Shown piece after piece: positions 32,871-46,610 of a stretch of 64,000 nucleotides of DNA. The position numbers and the translations under genes are program-made. Numbering within the stretch: the first letter of the stretch is position 1; each line of letters opens with the position of its first letter. Source of the DNA: Eledone cirrhosa (lineage: Eukaryota); the NCBI GenBank assembly GCA_964016885.1, contig OZ024740.1:26908001-26972000 (forward strand), read 5' to 3'. Below the pieces are notes generated by a model that did not search any database, had not been told where the DNA came from, and was given only the letters and a program-made list of their open reading frames with translations.

Positions 32871-34265
32871 ATCTGTGGCGTCGAGAGGGGAGACTGGTAT
32901 GCATGGGGGATTGCTAGTGAGTAATTTGAAAATGATTTGGCTACTATTTCTTGTAGGCCAAATGACCACGTTCAGGTTCGTGGTGTAGCAAGCACACTGC
33001 CTCTAAATAGGAAATTCTTGCTCAAGAACACCCTCCAACAACTACTGTAAAACACCGTTCCATATTTTCTCTTAATCTAATCAATGAGTGATTGTCAATC
33101 CCTGTCATGTGATCAATATTAGGCAAACATCCAATCAATCATTGACTTATCTAACCTAGACATCTGATCGATATTAAGCAGATATGAATCAATCAATAAT
33201 TTATAAAATTTGTCACGTGATTTCCGTCAAGCAATTACACAAAGAATTCGTTGATTCTCTATCAAAATCATGTGATCAATTTCAACCAGATATTCAACCA
33301 ATCAATGATTGCCTCTCCCATTTATGCTATTAATAGCACATAGGTATATGACCAATGAGTGGTAGATTTTCCTCGATATTTGATTTATATCCAATTAAAT
33401 GACAGAAGTGATACCAACATTGTTAATTAAGAAGTTTCGTTTCGTTTAGATTGTAGTCTTTTATATAAATATATATTTACTGTTCTATAAAGGGTTGTGA
33501 ACAAATGCCGTATATGAGAAAGTTATGCTCAAAATTGAAGACGTGGCTCAAATACTTACAATTGAGTGAACTCCGCTAGAAGCAGGCAATTGTCAGTAGA
33601 AGTCTGGTAAACCGGGAGACGGATTAAGTCTACCAACTAAGTAGATCATGTGGCATTTTGAACACAGAATTTAAAGAACGGGAACAAATACCAAAGGCAT
33701 TTTGTTCGAAGGTCTGACAATCCATAGACTGGTTTATTCTTTATCAATCTCAAGAAGGGGAAAAAGGAAACTTAGCCTCGACCGAAGTAAATTTTCCTTT
33801 CATCTGATGAAAGAAGTTATCACCAAGTCATACACTGCGCTCGATATATCTAATCAGCTGTTTATCTCCATATGGAAAACTCTCGCTCTGAATATAAACA
33901 TAATTATGCGCTGTTTCGAAATGGGGCCCAAACAAAAGAGTTCTAACTAGGCATGACAATTAACATGGGTTTACATTATTCATGTTCCAGTTTTTTTTTA
34001 TTATGTACGGTTACCTGAACACACAGGATCACCAAGTTGACTTTTATTCCAGTTTCGTTTTGCTTTATGTGATTCAAAGTACCTGGAAAAAACGGCATCC
34101 TTTCTGAGATTAATTTACAGATGGTGATGCTGATGCTGAGTGATGTGCAACGCTGTAAAATATGGGCCCGTCCTCAAGGATACATCACGTTTCTCACTCT
34201 TAGATTCGAACTCCTCTGACTTATGAATGTTAATCTAACCACTAGCAACTATTTATATGTATATA

Positions 34266-34303
<38 letters not shown>

Positions 34304-34641
34304 AATATCTTTAAGTCGTTTGGAAGCCTCGACAATGCAAATGGGTAAATCTCCGGGTAACAATGTCCGGTGGTGGAGAGAGAGATGTAAGTGGGTGTAC
34401 GTTGAGATGCGTGGTGTGTATAAGATGTGTGAGATATGTAGAATGAAGGGAAGAGTATAAAGGATAAAATAAAAATAACAACACAAGAGAGAGTTACCTT
34501 GGGAGAGATTTAATAGTCCCTATATATTTCGGATTCACATCCATCAACTGGGTTTTTTTCCGGGGTGGGGGAAAAGGTTGTCTGTCGGACAAGTCCGGAA
34601 CGCGTCCTTTGGTGTTTGTTGTTTTGAATATCAGGTTAGGC

Positions 34642-34673
<32 letters not shown>

Positions 34674-34682
34674 CAGATTAGG

Positions 34683-34915
<233 letters not shown>

Positions 34916-35596
34916 AAACATAACCCATACGTATCTCATACGTATTTAGTGATCATAATAACATAACAACATAGGTAGTTTAAAATTGAAAATGTATCCC
35001 ATATTTTCCATATGGCCTGGACCTATTACCAAATTTGGAAGCCTACATTTCACATGAAGGCCCACACCCAGTCTGGTCTGGCTTCTACATATTCAAGTTA
35101 GCCAAAGCCTATTACTAATTTAGAATACCTTCATTTCACATCTGTTCTTGCTCTGCTTCCAACTCTGCGCATGTCTGTATATAATCAATATTTGACCTAC
35201 GATTAGAACAACAATATGAGCTTGTTTCAATGGGAATGTAGACGAGATGTTTCTGGCCATGGTTAAATGTATGAGTTTGACATGACTTAGAAGTGTTAGG
35301 AAATAAAATGAAACAAAAGAAGACAAATACCCAAAAAGAAAAAAAATATATATATATATAAAATAAAAAGCTGAACTGCTGATTGTTAGACGAAGGTGTT
35401 AATTAGATCAACATTAAACCCCTAACATCTGGCAGATTTCCTTAAAAGCTATTTCTGAACACATAAACAAAGGTATATATATATATAGAGAGAGAGAGAG
35501 AGGGAGAGAGAGATAAGATTGAGTGAGAACGATGTATATATATATACATCGTTCTCTCTCTCTATATATAAATATATAAATATATAAATACATAAA

Positions 35597-35628
<32 letters not shown>

Positions 35629-35683
35629 TACATATATAATTATATATATATATTTATTTATATAATCATATGTATATATACAT

Positions 35684-35739
<56 letters not shown>

Positions 35740-36094
35740 CAAAGGAATTGTGGTAAGGAACCTGATGGACCATAACGCACTAGAGTACTCAATATTTAGG
35801 GTAGTAGAGTGGGAAATAGGAAAAAGTAAGACCCTGACGGCAGAGCTCAAGTCGTTTTGACGGCTATTTCTGGACTCAAATCAGTCCAGAAATAGCCGTC
35901 GAAACGGCTTTAGGTCTGTCGTTAGGGTCTTACTTTTTCCTATATATATATATATATATATATAGAAAGAGAGAAGGAAACAGAGAGCGTAAGATAGAGA
36001 GAGGGGGTTAGAAAGAGAGACTTATACAGAGATATACTATTTAACGATATTTTTCCTTTACATATCTGAGGCCGCGCTATTTCATTCATTGTAC

Positions 36095-36270
36095 AGTATC
36101 GGTAGAGGGTTGGACGCCATGCTTTCTAGCATAGTTACGTCCCTTTACAGTCTGAGTTCAAATCCCGCCGAGGTTAACTTTGCCTTTCATCCTTACGGGG
36201 TCGATAAAATAAAGTACCAGTAACGTACTGGGTATTTGCTAGCCTCGTGCCTAAAGTAGAAACAATTATT
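36095..36270 (+). mobile_element. SINE family 1
   Basis: Near full-length copy. Confidence 0.9.
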
Positions 36271-36744
36271 TTACATATTTGTCATTGTATGTGTGGCTAT
36301 GTAAGATTATGTGTTGGTAGAAAATATCATTAATAAACAAAAGTTTATTTAATGCTTATTATAGGATTCCACATAGAAGATGAGATGTAATTCTCAGCTT
36401 AAATGTTAAGACATGAAATCAACTGAAACTCGATATGTTGATGTGCATATTGGCTCATGCGCGTGATATATACATATATATATATGTTAATAATAATAAA
36501 TTTGAAGACTAACATCCAAAGAGGGCTCGATAAGGATAAATATATATCACATATATAAGAACCGTCTGAGTTTCAGAAGATCCCGTTAAGGGTGAAAGCA
36601 GCGATTCTTTGCTTAAACTTTAATCTGTTATTTTAATAAATATATACATATATATATTCATATGTAACCCATGTGCAACAACGCAGCACTCCATTTTTCT
36701 TATATTTATATTTATATATATATATCTATATATATATATAAAGG

Positions 36745-37200
36745 TTTCTTATATAACCACAAGGCCTTCAATTTTCGGTGAAGTGAATGTCGATTAAATC
36801 GACCCCAGTGCGTGACTTTGAACTCAGATCATAAAGGGCCGTAACTCTATGCTGCAAAGCATGGCGTGAGACTTTCTACCGATACTGCCAATCCATCGCC
36901 TAATAATAATTGTTTCTATTTTTGGCACAATGCCACCAATTACCCCAGTGTATTACTGGAACTTTATTTTATCGACACTGTAAGGATGAAAGGCAAACTA
37001 ATAATGGTTTCTACTTTTGGCACAAGGCCAGCAATCATCCAGTACATTACTGGTAGTTTATTTTATCGACCGCGTAAGGATGAAAGGCAAAGTTGACCTC
37101 GGCGGGGTTTGAACTCAGAATGGCAAGGGCCGTAACTCTATGCGTCAAACCATGACGTCCGACCCTCTACCGATACTGCCAATCCACCAATAACTAATAA
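36745..37200 (-). mobile_element. Stack of three SINE family 1 copies
   Basis: Internally deleted copy, 3' fragment and full copy joined through (TAA)n tails. Confidence 0.85.
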
Positions 37201-37544
37201 TAATAATAATATATAAAGGAACAAAGAATCAGTGTTGCATCTAATACGGGTCAGGTCGATACAGATCGAACCTTGAGCTGATCAGTGGCGAAACGTGCGT
37301 CACCAACCAATAAATGTAATGAATGAGTAACCAATCGTCCTTGTGATCTTATTTCGCTATATATATAGAGAGAGAGACAGATAGATATAGATACATATAC
37401 ACAGACACATATATATATATATATGTGTGTGCGTTATGTGTATATGTATATACACTGACACATATATACATATATGTGTGTGTGTGCGTTATGTGTATAT
37501 GTATATACACTGACACATATATACATATATGTGTGTGTGTGCGT

Positions 37545-37582
<38 letters not shown>

Positions 37583-37636
37583 TATATACACACACACTTA
37601 CACACATATATATATATATATATGTGTGTGTGCGTG

Positions 37637-37699
<63 letters not shown>

Positions 37700-38296
37700 G
37701 TATATACATACATATATATATATAAAGTATCGTATATATATCTATGATTATACATATGTATATATATATATGTATGAGATTCACACATATTTTAACAAGA
37801 CACAATGACACAATAGATTACATAATCTTAGTTTAACTATGTCTCAAAAGACCGATGGGTTTGCCATGTCTGGAAGACCCTTAGTCATTGGGCTGCTGGT
37901 TCTAGGTCTACCGAGATTCCAAACAGCTACATCAACAACATCTACAAAACAAAAACATATAACAACAATAACTACAGCAACAACAACAATTTACATTCCA
38001 TCAACAACAGGAAATTCTGAAGAATTATTAATGAGTCCCAGATCGATGCGAATTATTTAGCGTTGTCATAGTAACGTCCATTTGCATAGTCGGCATGCCT
38101 TTGTAGTTGGTAACTCAATTTTTTTTTATCTGGAATTGTAAGATGTCTGGGTCATTAACTGGGTGATTAATGTGTGGGTATATGTATGGTTGCGTGTGTG
38201 TAAACATGAATGAGTGTGCGTGTGTTGCTTGTTTGCTGAGGGCTTCTGATTGGGTATCTGCATGTGTGTAAATATGTGTATATATGTGTGTATATA

Positions 38297-38327
<31 letters not shown>

Positions 38328-38432
38328 GTGTCACTCTAATTTGGTGTATATATGAATATATTGGTATATGAGCTTATGGAAATATAAACACATAGAGACT
38401 CACACATATAGATGCCTGTCACTGCATAATGG

Positions 38433-38508
<76 letters not shown>

Positions 38509-38791
38509 GGGGGAGGGAGAGAGTGGGGCAGATAGAGAGATATAGATATAGATATATAGATACATATACATGTATATATACGTACATACATACATACACA
38601 CATACATACATATAGACATATACACACATATACGTTTATTCGTTGTTTTCGGCAAGATGGAAAAATATTCCACAATTGTAACGAGACCTATTTATCGTAA
38701 CAAGATTTAAGAGTCGCATCCGGAATATAATAACATACACTCATACACGTATATGTATATATATAAACATATATATATATATATGTATATA

Positions 38792-38914
<123 letters not shown>

Positions 38915-38915
38915 T

Positions 38916-38962
<47 letters not shown>

Positions 38963-40453
38963 ATATGTATACATATATATATGTATATATATACTCAGGT
39001 ACCAATGTTATGTGTATCTGGGTGTATATGTGTCTACTATGCTATTGCATGTGTGCATGAGTGTGTATGAGCCCTGTGTGTTGGTCTCTCTCTATCAGTC
39101 TATAAGTCTGAGTGTTTTCGTTTTTAACCGTAAGCACACCGAACGATGATAAATAAGTATTGTACAATTATTCTTACGGCACACAATGAAATATTCGGTT
39201 TTGGCTGGTAAAACACAAAAGGTAATTGATAAAAATAGCGTTCATTTTTGCTAATATAGCAATTAAATGCTAGTAGCTGAATACAAAACAACAGAGAGTT
39301 AGACAAGACAATAAGCCCTATGTTAATTTCGAATGCATTAACTGGTAATGGAAAATGTAGGACGGCTGGTTGTGGGGTTATGGTGATGGGAGTGAGGGTA
39401 GAATAACAATGGTAGACATCAAGAGGTAATTATAAACGATTCTTTTTTTAAACTGAAAGTGAAATTAAAAAGGAAAAATTAGCACACATTCTCTTCGTAA
39501 GATTTGCTAGACATAGCAGCTACATATCATCATCTGTTACCTTTTTAAAGAAAGAATACTTTGTATGAGATTATATTGCTCAACATGCTAAATATTACAG
39601 CTAAATATACCTCGCATCATATCCTATTGCCTTTTGAATGGAAGGAGACCCTGTAATGTATATTGCTATAGAACTAAACTTGGAGCTCGAGTCTGGTCGT
39701 CCAATTCACCAAATAGTGCAGCCGAACCTCCTCATATTATAATCTAGTTTTGTTTTCAAAGTATTTCAGAAATGTATATGTATATGACTATTGACCCATC
39801 AACTGAGCCTATACGTTGTTGCTACATCTGCTTAATATAGCAGCCTAATCTTCCTCATATCTCCAATTCTTTTCAGAAAAACTTTCTATAAATATGTAAT
39901 TCTCTCCATCTAACTGACGAGTCTATATAGAGTTGCTCGACATGCAACATACTGCAGTTAAATCTTTTATATTATCTCTAAAATAGCAGTGAATCTCTTT
40001 CAAATCGTTCTGAAAATAACAGACACATTGACTAACATATCCCTAGATGATATGAACATGGGATGAGGTACGTGAGCCATGGCTGGAGCCTTTCGAATAT
40101 CGATCTTATTGATCCCGATATAGTCCTTAAGATAAATAAAACAACTACTACAACAACAACAACAGTATAGCACTGCATATCTATCGATGAAGTAATTGAA
40201 ATTATTCCAATATTGGTTATATCTATCGAAGAACGAACTGTAATTCTTCCAATATTGGTCATTCCAATGTCTCGGAATTGTCAATGTTGTATCTTGAGTT
40301 CCAGAAACCATATTTGGGGCATTATATAAGTAAAAACTAGTTTTCGCCGAGTTAACTTATATTCGCCCAAAATGAGATTTTGGCTTAAGTTTAATAGATA
40401 TAGATTTATATATGTGTATATATATATACATACACATACACATACACACACAC

Positions 40454-40484
<31 letters not shown>

Positions 40485-41052
40485 AGAGTCGCGGATTCAA
40501 TAGAGGGTAACCACAATTAGTGAAGTACTCAATACATTAGTAGAATGTAGACATCATGTTTAATATGGAAATGGCTTCTACACTATTAGAATTGTTCCAT
40601 TCAAAAGAAATCGTCAGGAATGCTCTGATGATTTCTTTTAAACGAAACAGTTCTAGTACTGTAAATGCCAGTTTTATACTAAACATGATACTTTATATAT
40701 ATATAGGATGGCTGTTAGTGTGAGAAAGCAATGAAGTACTGAGGACGGACTACGGATAGAAATGCGATCTATAATGGCCTCTAATTCAGGCAAAATTCCA
40801 GGAAATTTAAGGGAAGGAAATAATTGATCAAAGCGACCCAGTATTTGACCATTACTTTATCATATCGACCCTGAGAGGATGACATGAACAGGACAAGCAT
40901 TATAGGCGGCACATTACCGATACACACGACAAAAACGTATAAATGTAAATAAATGCAAACTGTAAAATATAAAAACAACCTCGAATAGATATAGTGGAAA
41001 AAGTAGTAGGACTAGTAGTTTTAGTACTAGTTTTATTATCTGTAGTAAAGTT

Positions 41053-41241
41053 AAGGGCGGTGGATGGCAGTATCGGTAGAGGGTCGGACGCCATGCTTTG
41101 CAGCATGGAGTTACGGCCCTTTATGGTCTGTGTTCAAATCCCGCCGAGGTTAACTTTGCCTTTCATCCTTACGGGGTCGATAAAATAAAGTACCAGTAAT
41201 ACACTGGAATAATTGCTGGCCTTGTGCCAAAAGTAGAAACA
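41053..41241 (+). mobile_element. SINE family 1 with 16-bp TSD
   Basis: ATTATCTGTAGTAAAG at 41035-41050 and 41242-41257. Confidence 0.9.
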
Positions 41242-42002
41242 ATTATCTGTAGTAAAGGTGAAGAATAAATATTGTTGAAATCATATTTCTGTATGATTCC
41301 TTAACTTCTGATGGAGTCGTAGGGGTGCCATATTGAAATAAGGCGTTTCTAGGACATTTCTTTTGGAAAACCTGGTGGAATCCATCTCCTTCCAGGTCTG
41401 AATACAGCAGATTGCTTCCATATAAGGATTGAAAGACTGAGAGAATAGTTGTGAGAAAGAAATATAGGGAAAGAATTGACCCCTGAATTAGACTGGTACA
41501 TTTTTTATCGAACTTAAATGGATGAAAGGCAAAGTTAACCTCGGCAGTTCACTGCCTTGAAATAGTATACAGTAGCGCAATTGTGCACATAAGTGAAAAG
41601 ATTGTAAATTCAGATGTGAAGGTAGTAAAAGACACCTTTAGATAGGTGACACTAGATCATGGTAAAGGGAAGATGAAAGGTTAAATTGTAGTGGTGGTGA
41701 CGGCGTTGTTGCTGCTGTTGTTATTGGTGGTGTTCATAATATTGTTGTTTGTGGTAGTGTAACTGTTGTTGTTGTTGATGGTAATGGTGGCCATGATGGC
41801 GTGGTTGTTGTACTTCCTTCCGTCATATGTGCTTTGTAGTCAGTCAAAGAGTGAGACATTCTGTCTGTCCGTCTGTCAGACTGTCTCACTCATTAAGTCA
41901 CTGACTGACTGTATGTCTGTCTATCTGTCTGTCTGTGTGTATGTGTGTCTGTCTATCTATTTGTTCCTTTGTCACTGTGTCATGTTCGCTACACCCGCTT
42001 AT

Positions 42003-42310
42003 CACCAACACCACTACCACCAGCAGAACCTCTACTACTACCACCAACACCACTACCACTCTCACCACTACCTTCAACAACACCACAACTACCTTCACCA
42101 ACACCACTACCACCAGCAGAACCTCTACTACTACCACCAACACCACTACCACTCTCACCACTACCTTCAACAACACCACAACTACCTTCACCAACACCAC
42201 TACCACCAACACCACTACCACTCTCACCACTACCTTCAACAACACCACAACTACCTTCACCAACACCACTACCACCAACACCACTACTCCTACCACCACC
42301 ACCACTACTA
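42003..42310. repeat. CAC/CAA/TAC triplet repeat with 93-bp higher-order duplication
   Basis: Identical block begins at 42003 and 42096. Confidence 0.85.
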
Positions 42311-42614
42311 CCTCTGTCATGTAATCCCTGTCCCACACCTAAATATAGAGCAGACTCTATCATGTATCGGCTTTTGTTTCGGAAAAAGTATTTGGTTTTG
42401 TTTTATCTTCATCCGAGAATCTGATAACGTCTTTTGAAAAGATGGTGCTTGTCGTTACTGCTGCTGCTACTACTGCTGCTGCTCCTGCTACTACTACTGC
42501 TGCTGCTGTGCTGCTGCTGTTGTTGCTGCTGCTGTTGGTGGTGATGATGATCATGATGTCGTTGAAGATGGTGTTCTTGTTGATGGTGATGGTGATGATG
42601 CTGTTGATAATAAT

Positions 42615-42800
42615 TGTCCCTACTTTAGGCACAAGGCCAGCAATTATTCCAGTGCATTACTGGTACTTTATCTTATCGACCCCGTAAGGATGAAAGGCAA
42701 AGTCAACCTCGGCGGGATTTGAACTCAGATTGTAAAGGGCCGTAACTATGTTGGAATGCATGGCGTCCGACCCTCTACTGATACTGCCAATCCACCACCC
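42615..42800 (-). mobile_element. SINE family 1 with ~11-bp TSD
   Basis: TTGATAATAAT on both sides (42604-42614, 42801-42811). Confidence 0.9.
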
Positions 42801-43880
42801 TTGATAATAATGTTGATAATAATGTTGATGATGTTGGTGATGATGGTGTGGTTGTTGTTGATGGTGATGGTGATGATGGTGTGGTTGTTGTTGATGGTGA
42901 TGGTGGTGTGGTTGTTGTTGATGGTGATGGTGATGATGGTGTGGTTGTTGTTGATGGTGATGGTGATGATGGTGTAGTTGTTGTTGGTGATGGTGATGGT
43001 GGTGTAGTTGTTGTTGATGGTGATGGTGATGATGGTGTGGTTGTTGTTGATGGTGGTTTGATGGTGGTGGTGGGGGTGGGGTGATTGATGGTGTTGGTGT
43101 TGGTGGTGGTGTTGCTGGTGGTGGTGTTGGTGGTGGTGTTGATGGTGGTGTTGATGGTGGTGGTGTTGGTGGTGGTGTTGGTGGTGGTGGTGTTGATGGT
43201 GGTGGTGGTGGTAGTGGTGTTGATGGTGGTGGTGTTGGTGGTGGTGTTGGTGGTGGTGGTGTTGATGGTGGTGGTGGTGGTAGTGGTGTTGATGGTGGTG
43301 TTGATGGTGGTGGTGTTGGTGGTGGTGGTGTTGACGGTGGTGGTGGTGGTGGTGGTGTTGGTGGTGGTGGTGTTGACGGTGGTGGTGTTGGTGGTGGTGT
43401 TGGTGGTGGTGGTGTTGATGGTGGTGGTGGTGGTAGTGGTGTTGATGGTGGTGTTGATGGTGGTGGTGTTGGTGGTGGTGGTGTTGACGGTGGTGGTGGT
43501 GGTGTTGGTGGTGGCAGTGGTGTTGATGGTGTTGGTGGTGGTGGTGTTGGTGGTGGTGGTGTTGACGGTGGTGGTGTTGGTGGTAGTGTTGATGGTGATG
43601 TTGGTGGTGTTGGTGGTGGTGGTGTTGATGGTGGTGGTGTTGGTAATGGTGTTGATGGTGGTGGTGTTGGTGGTGGTGTTGTTGGTGATGTTGATGGTGG
43701 TGGTGTTGGTGGTGGTGGTGTTGACGGTGGTGGTGGTGGTGTTGGTGGTGGCGGTGGTGTTGATGGTGTTGGTGGTGTTGACGGTGGTGGTGTTGGTGGT
43801 GGTGTTGATGGTGGTGGTGGTGTTGATGGTGTTGGTGGTGGTGGTGTTGACGGTGGTGGTGTTGGTGGTCGTGTTGGTGG
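42801..43880. repeat. Degenerate (GGT/GAT/GTT)n triplet array
   Basis: Directly visible. Confidence 0.95.
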
Positions 43881-44069
43881 GTGTCCTTGAAATACTAGAA
43901 ATGTTGTTGTCCAAGGCGGGAACCTATACATGAGTGACTTTAAAACATGTGGGGGGGGGGGGGGGGGAGACATCCCCCAGGGGACCACTTTCAATATTTG
44001 GGTGGGGAGGATAATCTTTCTAAATTTTACATGTTTTTTTATACTAAACATGATTTTATATTGAATGGG

Positions 44070-44836
44070 CCGGAGAGCATCAATGGTGCGGAAGGATCAA
44101 TGGTGGGGAGAGGATCAATGGTGGGGAGAGGATCAATTGTGCGGAAGGATCAATGGTGGGGAGAGGATCAATGGTGGGGAGAGCATCAATGGTGGGGAGA
44201 GGATCAATGGTGGGGAGAGGATCAATGGTGGGGAGATCATCAATGGTGGGGAGAGGATCAATGGTGGGGAGAATATCAATGGAGGGGAGAGGATCAATGG
44301 TGGGGATTGGATCAATGGTGGGGAGAGCAGCAATGGTGGGGAGAGCGTCAATGGTGGGGAGAGGATCAATGGTGGAGAGAGGATCAACGGTGAGGAGAGC
44401 ATCAATGGTGGGGAGAGCATCAATGGTGGGGAGAGCATCAATGGTGTGGAGAGCATCAATGGTGGGGAGAGGATCAATGGTGGGGAGAGGATCAATGGTG
44501 GGAGAGGATCAATGTTGGCGAGAGGATCAATGGTGGGGAGAGGATCAATGGTGGGGAGAGGATGAATGGTGGGGAGAGCATCAATGGTGGGGAGAGCATC
44601 AATGGTGGGAGAGGATCAATGGTGGGGAGAGGATCAATGGTGGGGAGAGCATCAATGGAGGGGAGAGCATCAATGGTGGGGAGAGGATCAATGGTGGGAG
44701 AGGATCAATGGTTGGGAGAGGATCAATGGTGGGGAGAGCATCATTGGTGGAGAGTGCATCAATGGTGGGGAGAGGATCAATGGTGGGGAGAGCATCAATG
44801 GTGGGGAGAGCATCAATGGTGGGGAGAGCATCAATG
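44070..44836. repeat. 18-bp G-rich minisatellite, ~43 copies
   Basis: Unit GAG(G/C)ATCAATGGTGGGGA. Confidence 0.95.
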
Positions 44837-44954
44837 TTTGTATGTGTAGTGGTGGGGAATGGGGCAAATATGGAGGACTTCTGTAGCCCGACGGACAGCC
44901 TGCTAGAATAAAACAATATTACCTCCAGAGGACAGACAAGTCGAAGAGAAGGAC

Positions 44955-46610
44955 ACATCATCATCATCGCCATCATATTTACCATCACCATCACCATCAT
45001 AATCATAATCATCAACAACATCTTTATTATCATCATCATCATAATCATCATCATCATCATCACCATCATCATTGTCACCATCATCATCATCATCGTTATC
45101 ATCATCATCATCATCATTATAAACATCACCACCACCATCACCACCACCACCACCACCACCAACACCACCACCAGCACCATCATCATCACCATCATCATCA
45201 CTGTTATTGTTATATCTACGTCTCACTTTCAATAATCTCGTGTAATTCTTGTTATTGTCTCCGTTTTACCATCTTTATTTATTCAAGACATTAGCTTCTC
45301 CTGATAATACAGCTGCTCTTATTGCTGCTGTCGCTGCAATATTTGCTGCTGCTCTTATTGTAAGTGCAGCTCTACTTGACAGCTTTGCTGCTGTTGTTTG
45401 TCTAAGTGCCGCTGTACTTGGCAGTCAAACCTCCAACACCACCACCGTCACCACCGCTAACGCCACCACCGCCACCGCCAACACCACCACTACCAACACC
45501 ACTACCACCACCACCACCACCACCACCACCACCACCACCACCACCACCGCCGCCCACACTACTACCACCAGCACCACCACCGCCGCCAACACCACTAACA
45601 CCACCACCACCACCGCCCACACTACTACCACCACCACCGCCATCACTACTACCACCACCACCACCGTCGCCAACACCACCTCCACCACCACCACCACCTC
45701 CACCACCACCACCACAACTACCACCACCACCACAACTACCACCACCAACACCACCACCGCCATATACCAGCAATGTCTCCTCTCAAATTTCACCACCACC
45801 TCCACCTCCACCTCAATCTCAACAACTACCACCCCACCACCACAACTACCCCCACCACCACCACCACCACCATATACCAGCAATGTCTCCTCTCAAACAT
45901 CACCACATCAAACAACAACAGCAGCAGGATTATCATTGTCAGGTGCAGCAGCACTTAAGAACAGCAGCGAAGAGGGTGCTGATAGGTTCTACTGCTGCTA
46001 ATTGTGGTGGTAGCAGTGGTGTTGGTGTTGGTGGTGTTGATGGTGGTGTTGGTGTTGGTGGTAGTAGTGGTGGTGGTGTTGGTGTTGGTGGTAGTAGTGG
46101 TGGTGGTATTGATGGTAGTGTTGGTGTTGGTGGTAGTAGTGGTGGTGGTGTTGGTGTTGGTGGTAGTAGTGGTGGTGGTATTGATGGTAGTGTTGGTGTT
46201 GGTGGTAGTAGTGGTGGTGGTGGTGGTGTTGGTGGTAGTAGTGGTGGTGGTGTTGATGGTGGTGTTGGTGTTGGTGGTAGTAGTGGTGGTGGTATTGATG
46301 GTAGTGTTGGTGTTGGTGGTAGTAGTGGTGGTGGTGTTGGTGTTGGTGGTAGTAGTGGTGGTGGTATTGATGGTAGTGTTGGTGTTGGTGGTAGTATTAG
46401 TGGTGGTGGTAGTAGTGCTGGTGGTATTGGTGGTGGTATTGCTGGTAGAATTGGTGGTGGTGGTGGTGGTTATTAGTGGTGGTGGTAGTAGTGGTGATGG
46501 TATTGGTGGTGGTGGTAGTAGTGGTGGTGGTTATTAGTGGTGGTGGTAGTAGTGGTGCTGGTATTGGTGGTGGTATTGGTGGTGGTGTTGGTGGTAGTGG
46601 TGTTGTGGTA
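44955..46610. repeat. Triplet arrays (CAT)n, (CAC)n, then (GGT)n
   Basis: Directly visible; strand polarity flips near 46000. Confidence 0.9.

Noticed and set aside
44840-44900. Acceptor followed by GCPSGYRSPPY (EGF-like start)
   Set aside because: No further cysteines or donor site; reads straight into the 18-bp minisatellite.
42657-46537. Long Pro/Thr/Gly/Val-rich ORFs resembling extensin, mucin or glycine-rich proteins
   Set aside because: Open in several frames on both strands because of triplet repeats, run into a SINE, and show no signal peptide or domain.
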